Notes under the pieces: model-generated
Database searches by the model: none
Seen by the model: only the letters and a program-made list of their open reading frames with translations
What the model was told of the DNA's origin: nothing
Part shown: one piece after another, positions 37,239-43,037 of the stretch
Numbering within the stretch: the first letter of the stretch is position 1
Layout: every line of letters starts with the position of its first letter
IMG/VR virus record: IMGVR_UViG_3300008255_000208
Location: 1 to 43,037 of that record
DNA: 43,037 nucleotides
Source: a virus
Lineage: Duplodnaviria; Caudoviricetes
Direction: 5' to 3' (one strand)
Translations under genes and position numbers: made by a program

Positions 37239-37815
37239 GATTCTCAGCCTTTCCGTTGAACAAACCTACTTGATCGCCCCAATGGTCCCAGCCTGGGCGG
37301 TTGGTGCGACTGAATAGCTCGACGCGCTTCGCCTTGGGCATCAGCCGTTCAGCCGCGGCGAATGCCTCCTCGGGCTTGCGGCTGTGCTCGCGCGTCAGCC
37401 CCATGATCAGCGAGCGCACCGATTTGGTGGTTACTGGCTTGCCCCGCACACCGATCAGGAACGGCTCGGAGGCGCAGCGCAGCACATAGCCAGTGCCGAA
37501 GCCCAGCTTGCCGGTGACGGTCAGCTTTCCCCACGTGCCAGCGGTTTTGTAGGCGAAGCCCCACGCCTTGAGGCATTCGATCTGCTGATCGAGCATCGGG
37601 TTGGTCGCCCACAGCCAGAGGAGCGTGTTGGGCAGCGCCAGATCCAGCACCGGGAATTGTTTGATCTCGGCCAGGGGCAGGCAGCGGTAGTGCCGCTTGG
37701 GGTTCTTGCGCTCGCCGCGCTCATTCCAGTTGCCGAAGTCCCACGGCGGATCGGCCATGATGAAGTCGTAAGTGTGCGGGTTGAGGTGCTCGAAGGGCCA
37801 GTTAAACAGTTGCAC
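37219..37815 (-). CDS. MT-A70 family adenine methyltransferase
   Basis: IMADPPW, LWLWAT, AWGF.YKT, GFGTGYVLR, HSRKPE, ELFSR..RPGWD.WG. Confidence 0.92.
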   Translation of the reverse strand: MQLFNWPFEHLNPHTYDFIMADPPWDFGNWNERGERKNPKRHYRCLPLAEIKQFPVLDLALPNTLLWLWATNPMLDQQIECLKAWGFAYKTAGTWGKLTVTGKLGFGTGYVLRCASEPFLIGVRGKPVTTKSVRSLIMGLTREHSRKPEEAFAAAERLMPKAKRVELFSRTNRPGWDHWGDQVGLFNGKAENHADQVQ

Positions 37816-38647
37816 GGTGACCCTCCGGCCAGCGCGAGTGCGTCAGCATCCTGCGACGGGAGACGAAATAGTCCACCGCCTTCTGCCCGCTGGTCTTGCG
37901 GTAGTGGCCCAGCCACTCGCTCCACTCTGGCATCCCCGGCGTCAGCACCAGATAGCCGTCCTCCACCTCCATATCGAGGAACTCGTTGAACAGGCGGTCG
38001 CGGAGATAGGTCGAGAGGCGCGGGAAGCGCCCCTTGGCGGCGGTGAAGAACTTGACGGCGGTGGGCGCGGCGCGGGTCGCGTCACGCTGCTCGAACGGCG
38101 CCAGCTTCGCGAAGGCGCCCCCTGCGGTGTCGCGCTCACCACGGTGGCTCTCAGGCCACGCTCCCCATAATTCCTCAATGGTCATAAGCCCCCCCTCGGG
38201 GGGTTTAGGGGGATTTTGTACTGTAGGTTCTTTATAGGTGTCCGTGTTTACCGTAAGCGGCTTTTCCGTATCCGGTAAATCAGGAAGTGGTGGCTCCACT
38301 TCCGTGTTTTCAGGAAGTGGAAGGGTGAGCTGGACGGCGATGTCATAGACATCATAGCGGTACTCCGCGATGCGTCCGGTGGCCTCATCCTGCACCCGCT
38401 CGCGCACCACATAACCGGCCGCGATCAGGCCATTTATGAGCTTGTACGCCTTGTCGCGGCCGATGCCGCCTTGGCGCTGGATGTCGGCTGCCATCACCTG
38501 CCAATTGTCGGGTTTGGCGAGGAGATAGACGAGCAAGCCGCGCTCCTCGAAGGACAGGCGCTCGTCGTTGCACACGATGTTTGGAATGACTGCGAAGGCG
38601 TCTTTGCGGCGCCGCGTGATGATGGTCATGTCGGTAGAAGGCCCCAT
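37802..38647 (-). CDS. Replication initiator (N-terminal winged HTH)
   Basis: FAVIPN...RLSFEERGLLVYLLAKPDNW...LIAAGY; PPKPP linker; contains iteron-like repeats. Start may be 38629. Confidence 0.8.
   Translation of the reverse strand: MGPSTDMTIITRRRKDAFAVIPNIVCNDERLSFEERGLLVYLLAKPDNWQVMAADIQRQGGIGRDKAYKLINGLIAAGYVVRERVQDEATGRIAEYRYDVYDIAVQLTLPLPENTEVEPPLPDLPDTEKPLTVNTDTYKEPTVQNPPKPPEGGLMTIEELWGAWPESHRGERDTAGGAFAKLAPFEQRDATRAAPTAVKFFTAAKGRFPRLSTYLRDRLFNEFLDMEVEDGYLVLTPGMPEWSEWLGHYRKTSGQKAVDYFVSRRRMLTHSRWPEGHRATV
38200..38320. repeat. Iteron-like repeats, candidate replication origin
   Basis: TCCGTGTTTACCGTAAGCGG (38241), TCCGGTAAATCAGGAAGTGG (38271) and TCCGTGTTTTCAGGAAGTGG (38301) at a 30-bp period, beside a relatively AT-rich tract. 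Confidence 0.65.
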
Positions 38648-38697
38648 GTCGAACACCCGGCGCACGATGGTGCGCGCCGGGCAGGTGCGTCAAGCGA

Positions 38698-39585
38698 TCA
38701 GCGGTCGGCCGAGTAGAACACCGGGATGTCGCAGGCGTCCTTGATGGCGTCCCCGATGGCGACGAACTCGTCGCGCTCGATCTTCTCAAGGCCAGGCGGC
38801 ACGATCAGGAAGCGCAGCACACCGCGCTCCAGACGGTAACGGAGCTTGGCCGTGATCTCGATGGGTGGCCCGCCCTGGAACACCGGCATGGTCAGCACGA
38901 TGGAGCTGGGCAGGATGATGTCACTATGCGAGGTGGCGCCGCCGTTGTCCTCCTCCTCGAACTGGAGCTTGGCGGTGCCGTCGCGCTGGTTGATGGCGCT
39001 CTTGAACGCCACGTTGCGATGCACCTGCAAGTCCAGAACGATCTCCTGCAGGCGCCCGGCGTCGGGCGTGATGACCGTGTGCGCCATGTCCTCGATGAAC
39101 GTGGCGAACGCTTCCTGCGGGATCAGCGTGCCGAACACCTGCTTCCACTTGGCATAGTCGGGGTCGTAGGGCGTATCGAGCTGGGCCGTGTGCTTGTTGG
39201 TGGCCGGCGCAGCATCGACCAGCGTTTCGCCATTGGGGCCGCGCTCGTTGGGCTCGTGATAGTCAAGGCGGACGATGAAGGCGAGCGCCCCCGGATAGGC
39301 AAGGCAGAGCGCCGAGGCGCGCTTGTACTTGTTGGTGTAGCCGATCAGCGAGGCGGGCTCGATGAAGGTCAACGCCCCGGCGATGTCGCTGGGCAGCGTG
39401 GGGTTGAGCGCCACGATCTCATGGCGCTGGAGCCCGTTGGCCGTAAAGACCACCTGCGAGCCGTTCTGCTGGTTGATCGGCTCCGAGACGAACGTCTCGC
39501 GGATCAGCTTGATGGTGGCTTCGAGGTCGCTGGCCTTGGCCTTCGGCGCCTCGCTTGCGGGGGTATTCGACTTCGTATCTGCCAT
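38698..39585 (-). CDS. DUF2303 (YfdQ-like) family protein
   Basis: LDYHE, QEAFATFIED, PVFQGG, AKLRYR motifs; AGGAG RBS. Confidence 0.85.
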   Translation of the reverse strand: MADTKSNTPASEAPKAKASDLEATIKLIRETFVSEPINQQNGSQVVFTANGLQRHEIVALNPTLPSDIAGALTFIEPASLIGYTNKYKRASALCLAYPGALAFIVRLDYHEPNERGPNGETLVDAAPATNKHTAQLDTPYDPDYAKWKQVFGTLIPQEAFATFIEDMAHTVITPDAGRLQEIVLDLQVHRNVAFKSAINQRDGTAKLQFEEEDNGGATSHSDIILPSSIVLTMPVFQGGPPIEITAKLRYRLERGVLRFLIVPPGLEKIERDEFVAIGDAIKDACDIPVFYSADR

Positions 39586-39608
39586 GTCTATCTCCTGATG
39601 GCTGGGGT

Positions 39609-39935
39609 TCAGTCTTCTTCGCCGTAGGTGCCGTTCGCCTTGTCAGCGAGCTTCACCACGGGAAGGTCGGGCTGGCGCGGGTCGCGGCCCACCAGCGAGC
39701 CGCTATCGTCCAGAAACATGATGGCGTCGAGACGCGGCGCCTTGGGCAGCTTGTGCTCCATCGAGGCGCTGATCTGGAAGGCGTCACCCTTGCGCTTGAT
39801 GTCGAGGGACACGGTGATCTTGCCGGTGCCGCCGCGCTGTTGCACGGCGTCGGTGATCTCGCCCATCGCGGTTTCGATGTCCCGCTTTAGCTGACCACGG
39901 TCGGCGCGACCGAGAACGTCGATAAAGGTCTTCAT
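39609..39935 (-). CDS. Conserved partner gene upstream of DUF2303
   Basis: GKITVSLDIK...KLPK...FLDDSGSLVGRDPRQPDL; AAGGAG RBS. Confidence 0.8.
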   Translation of the reverse strand: MKTFIDVLGRADRGQLKRDIETAMGEITDAVQQRGGTGKITVSLDIKRKGDAFQISASMEHKLPKAPRLDAIMFLDDSGSLVGRDPRQPDLPVVKLADKANGTYGEED

Positions 39936-39958
39936 TGTAGTCTCCTTCTCCGGGCGCC

Positions 39959-40627
39959 CTATCGCGCCTTGAGCTTCTGGATGTCGGCGCGGAGCGTGTC
40001 CATGCCGAGCATGATGTCAGGGATTTTGGTGACAATCTCCTTCAACTCGGCCTCGAGTTGCTGGTAGCGGGTTTCGAGAGCGTTGGTGTGCTGGGCACCG
40101 ATGGCGGGGCCGAAGAACTCGTCACGAATCGCCTCCACCCAAGCACGCGGGCAGTTGAGGTCGGTGCCCACCCTATCGTCAGTCCAACCGGCGCAATAGC
40201 CGGTCAGATTGTTTTCGTACACCTCCGAGAGCTTCTCGAAGATGATGCGCTTGTCGTCACGGTCGGGCTCGCGCGCCTCGACGGCGGCAACCGTCGCCGC
40301 GTGGGTGAGCTGCGCCTGAAATGACTTCTCGACGGACGAGTGGTTGATCGGCACTACCTTTTGCACAGCGTTCTCCTCTGGCTGCTCGCGGCGCCCTGGC
40401 GCCTTCTTGTTGTGGACGGGGCAGCGGTCCCGGTGATCGTTCGAGCCGATGTACCAGCCCTGCCGCCGCCAATCCTTGATGGCATAGTCGGGATTGCTCT
40501 TGGAGCGCCCGGTGTTGATGTGGTCTGCGGTGACAGAACATCCGTCCTCGCCGCAGGTGATGTAAAGCGCAGCGTAGCCGCGCCCGGCCACGCTCGCTGG
40601 GCGAGTGGGGAAATGACGGTCACCCAT
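39959..40627 (-). CDS. Hypothetical protein with Cys/His Zn-binding-like N-terminus and HTH-like / coiled-coil C-terminus
   Basis: CGEDGC...GW...CPVH; WTDDRVG.DLN.PRAWV..IRDEFFGP. Confidence 0.75.
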   Translation of the reverse strand: MGDRHFPTRPASVAGRGYAALYITCGEDGCSVTADHINTGRSKSNPDYAIKDWRRQGWYIGSNDHRDRCPVHNKKAPGRREQPEENAVQKVVPINHSSVEKSFQAQLTHAATVAAVEAREPDRDDKRIIFEKLSEVYENNLTGYCAGWTDDRVGTDLNCPRAWVEAIRDEFFGPAIGAQHTNALETRYQQLEAELKEIVTKIPDIMLGMDTLRADIQKLKAR

Positions 40628-41054
40628 TGAGGGCACCGCGCACGGCAGCCTCGTGCAGCTCGTCGGCCTTGGCCTTGGCGTCGGCCACGCTGCCGAAGTT
40701 CATCAGGCTGGGTTCGGTCGGCGCCGAGAGCTGGATCGAGAGCTTGTGGAAGTGATCGTAGCTGATCCAGTAGACGCCCATCGAGGTGCTGGCGCGGAGG
40801 TCGATCAGCTCGATGTCCTCCTCGTCGTCGGCGTTGAGCTTGGAGTGATCCTCCCAATAGAGGGGCTTTATCGAGCGCCGGTTCCACGCCGCCAGCCGCT
40901 CGACCTGATCCCCGCCGATGCGCAGGCCGAAGTGAAAGCACTCCTCGTCCCCGTCCTCGCTCGGATGTTCCCAGCGAAACTGCCCCGCATGATTCCAAAC
41001 CACCCTGACCAACGCCTTGGCGCAGTGCGGGCAGCCCATGACCAACTCAGTCAT
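40620..41054 (-). CDS. Protein with Lar (restriction alleviation)-like N-terminus
   Basis: CPHC ... AAWNRR pattern; GGAGG RBS. Confidence 0.55.
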   Translation of the reverse strand: MTELVMGCPHCAKALVRVVWNHAGQFRWEHPSEDGDEECFHFGLRIGGDQVERLAAWNRRSIKPLYWEDHSKLNADDEEDIELIDLRASTSMGVYWISYDHFHKLSIQLSAPTEPSLMNFGSVADAKAKADELHEAAVRGALNG

Positions 41055-41435
41055 TCAGTCCTCCATGTCGTCGTTGATGTACTTCGTGTTCGATGGCTGG
41101 CGCCCTAACGGCCTCGACGGGATCTTGCGCGCCTTGGCCTTCACCCCGTAGTGCCGGCCGATGACCTTGGCGTTGTACGATTTCTGCGCCACGTCCTTCC
41201 GGGTCTTTTCCTTGTGCTTGTCCTTGAGCCGGGGAACGAGATTGCTCTCCCGGTTCTCCCCTCCATTGACCAGGGCGACGAGGTGGTCAGCGTCCCATTT
41301 GTCGGCGGGGCCGATGGGGCGCCCGGTGTCATAGTCGCGGCGCCCGAAGCGTTCGAGCACGCGCAGCCTGACGCGCGGCGGGATGGCCGTGTCTGGCGTG
41401 GCGCCGATCCACTCGTCGGGCTCGCGACCGACCAA
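41055..41435 (-). CDS. HNH endonuclease
   Basis: WDADHLVALVNGGENRESNL...HKEKT; TTG start. Confidence 0.8.
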   Translation of the reverse strand: MVGREPDEWIGATPDTAIPPRVRLRVLERFGRRDYDTGRPIGPADKWDADHLVALVNGGENRESNLVPRLKDKHKEKTRKDVAQKSYNAKVIGRHYGVKAKARKIPSRPLGRQPSNTKYINDDMED

Positions 41436-41738
41436 TTAGCGGCCCCGCTGCATATGGTGCAGGCGCACCATGCGATCGACGCCTTTGCGCCGCGCCTTCT
41501 CCAGCGGCGAGAGCAACGGCAGATCGGTGCGCGGCTGGCGCCGTGGAAGTCCGAAGCGTTCGAGATATTCCCGAACAGCCTTGCTCCAGACCTTTTTGCC
41601 CCAGCTCGTGCCCTCGTGGCCCAGCCATGCATTCTCGCGCAGCACCTTCCGGCGCGTCTTGAGGTCAGCGTCAGCAGGCATCTGATCGTGAAGGCGGAGG
41701 ATCAGCATGTCGATCTTGTCGCGCCACGCGGAGGTCAT
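41436..41738 (-). CDS. Basic hypothetical protein (100 aa)
   Basis: GGAGGTG RBS, ATG 41738 coupled to the upstream stop. Confidence 0.75.
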   Translation of the reverse strand: MTSAWRDKIDMLILRLHDQMPADADLKTRRKVLRENAWLGHEGTSWGKKVWSKAVREYLERFGLPRRQPRTDLPLLSPLEKARRKGVDRMVRLHHMQRGR

Positions 41739-41890
41739 TTCACCTCCGTCAGGCCGGGATGCGCCGCCGCCACCGCCTCTTCGAGGAGCTTTGCCGCCTG
41801 TGCCTGGAAGCTGCGCTTCTCGGTTTTGGCGATCTTCTCGATGCGGCGCTTGAGCGCGTCGGAGATAGGGATGTTGACGCGCTTCTGCAT
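41735..41890 (-). CDS. Arc/ribbon-helix-helix repressor (51 aa, not in the ORF track)
   Basis: GGAGGTG RBS; MQKRVNIPISDALKRRIEKIAKTEKRSFQAQAAKLLEEAV. Confidence 0.85.
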   Translation of the reverse strand: MQKRVNIPISDALKRRIEKIAKTEKRSFQAQAAKLLEEAVAAAHPGLTEVK

Positions 41891-41920
41891 GGCGCACCTC
41901 CGTTAATGGGTTTTTAACAA

Positions 41921-41987
41921 GCGACATCGTAATGATGTTCGGACGATGTTGCAATGGCATCGGTTTTAGATATACAAGAGGATGTTC
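41921..41987. promoter_or_regulatory. Divergent sigma70-type promoters with GATGTT/ACATC operator-like repeats
   Basis: Minus strand TTGCAA-N17-TACGAT; plus strand TTGCAA-N16-TATACA; AT-rich gap between the two gene arms. Confidence 0.7.
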
Positions 41988-41991
41988 ACAC

Positions 41992-42075
41992 ATGGACACA
42001 CGTGAAAAAGCGCGCCGTCTGGCGCTGATGCTCTGGCTGATGGCGCTCTCTGCCGCCACTCAAGGGGACAACTGA
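41992..42075 (+). CDS. 27-aa hydrophobic micropeptide
   Basis: GAGGA RBS; MDTREKARRLALMLWLMALSAATQGDN; TGATG coupling. Confidence 0.55.
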   Translation: MDTREKARRLALMLWLMALSAATQGDN

Positions 42076-42194
42076 TGCGCCGGACCAAGTTCGCTATCTT
42101 TCTCAACCGCAACGCCTTCGAGGTCACGCTGCTGTGCTGCTGGCCGATGGGGCTCTGGATCGCCTGTGCGATCCTCAACTGGAAGTGGAGCTGA
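42075..42194 (+). CDS. 39-aa membrane micropeptide
   Basis: AAGGGG RBS; MRRTKFAIFLNRNAFEVTLLCCWPMGLWIACAILNWKWS. Confidence 0.6.
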   Translation: MRRTKFAIFLNRNAFEVTLLCCWPMGLWIACAILNWKWS

Positions 42195-42197
42195 CTA

Positions 42198-42377
42198 ATG
42201 CAAACGATTGCCCGCTGGGAAACACGGCGCTCCGGCGCCACCATGACGATCACTGGCAAGGACGCCGACAGCGGCGAGCCCGTGCTGGTGACTGGCGTCG
42301 AGAAGATCAACGCGAGCGTGACAGGCGGCAAGCCCACCGCTACCACAGTGCGCGGCGAGGTCTTTGAACTGGCGTAA
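42198..42377 (+). CDS. 59-aa hypothetical protein
   Basis: GGAG RBS; MQTIARWETRRSGATMTITGKD...EVFELA. Confidence 0.7.
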   Translation: MQTIARWETRRSGATMTITGKDADSGEPVLVTGVEKINASVTGGKPTATTVRGEVFELA

Positions 42378-42443
42378 CCTCTCGGCCTACCCGTCCGCCG
42401 TGGCGGGTAGTGCGAGCGCTTTCGCTCACAACAGGAGACTGAA

Positions 42444-42719
42444 TTGACCTTCAAGCCCGTTCTCATTACCACCGAACATCGCGGCGTCTTTGCTGGCCTC
42501 ATTCCTGCCGATCAGGATTTGTCCGCACGCTCGATGCCGCTCAAGTCGGCCAAAATGGCGATCTACTGGGGCACGACAAAGGGCGTGATGCAGCTCTGCG
42601 AAACCGGCCCCACCGCCAACAGCAAGATCAGCGCCAAGGCAGACATCCCCATGCTGCACGCAATCACCGGCGTCTTCGATATTTCGCCGGACGCCTGGGC
42701 TTTGTGGGAAAAGGCATAG
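42444..42719 (+). CDS. DUF6948-like protein
   Basis: VLITTEHRGVFAG...AIYW...GVMQLCETGP; AGGAG RBS, TTG start. Confidence 0.75.
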   Translation: MTFKPVLITTEHRGVFAGLIPADQDLSARSMPLKSAKMAIYWGTTKGVMQLCETGPTANSKISAKADIPMLHAITGVFDISPDAWALWEKA

Positions 42720-42724
42720 CGGCC

Positions 42725-43037
42725 ATGACCATCGACCCGATCATCACAGCGGATGACGTGATTCGGGCTGGAGCTTGCTTTGAAGGAGTGATGCGCCCAA
42801 TCGCCAAAAACCCGTCAAAATTCGCCGCCGCTATGCCGGTCTCAGCAGTCCTCCGCCTGATCTCGGCCGCAGACGCCGGTTACGTGACGCGGGCAGCGGA
42901 ATTGGACGGCTACGGCTACGGCGACGGCTACGGCGACGGCTACGGCTCCGGCTACGGCTCCGGCTCCGGCTACGGCTCCGGCGACGGCTACGGCTCCGGC
43001 TACGGCTACGGCGACGGCTACGGCTCCGGCTACGGCT
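42725..43037 (+). CDS. Gly-X repeat protein (G[YDS])n, continuing at base 1
   Basis: MTIDPIITADDVIRAGACFEG...ELDGYGYGDGYGDGYGSG...; no stop before the window end. Confidence 0.85.
   Translation, partial: MTIDPIITADDVIRAGACFEGVMRPIAKNPSKFAAAMPVSAVLRLISAADAGYVTRAAELDGYGYGDGYGDGYGSGYGSGSGYGSGDGYGSGYGYGDGYGSGYG
42905..43037 (+). repeat. Coding hexamer tandem repeat GGC(TAC/GAC/TCC)
   Basis: Directly visible; continues in bases 1-11. Confidence 0.95.

Larger units (their letters stand above)
1..43037. mobile_element. Apparently complete, circularly permuted dsDNA tailed phage genome with a P22-like virion module
   Basis: Packaging, head, tail, lysis, replication and recombination genes fill the window with no host housekeeping genes. 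The two ends join in frame through a Gly-repeat ORF. Confidence 0.9.

Noticed and set aside
41739-42059. Long N-terminal extension of ORF 41436-42059
   Set aside because: It crosses the promoter region and the RHH gene; the true start with GGAGGTG is at 41738.
42905-43037. Terminal repeat, telomere or CRISPR interpretation of the end repeats
   Set aside because: It is an in-frame coding hexamer repeat with no spacers; only 6 nt match between the two ends.

Overview
This window looks like a complete, circularly permuted ~43 kb tailed-phage genome of high GC. The last ORF runs off the 3' end and rejoins base 1 in frame. The virion module is P22-like (short-tailed): TerS, TerL, portal, scaffold, P22-type coat, gp4/gp10-like tail proteins, a LamG-type tail fiber, a GNAT-like protein and ejection proteins. 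It ends in a 3707-aa polyvalent DarB-like protein with pyrophosphatase-like, N6-adenine methyltransferase, SNF2 helicase, HExxH zincin and LPD38-like regions. A divergent promoter near 41.9 kb separates two arms. The short + strand early arm holds small genes, a Gly-repeat protein, a secreted protein, Bet recombinase, DUF1367 and a double-HTH regulator. The long - strand arm holds an Arc-like repressor, HNH, a Lar-like protein, DUF2303, a replication initiator with iterons, an MT-A70 methylase, lysis, packaging and virion genes. I recognise no integrase, CI-type repressor, DNA polymerase, tRNA or CRISPR. An alphaproteobacterial host is an inference from gene content. The best candidate for something new is a 95-aa gene with its own Shine-Dalgarno, nested in another frame inside the giant gene, ending exactly at the start of the methyltransferase-helicase module. 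All family names come from motif recognition by eye, not from database searches.
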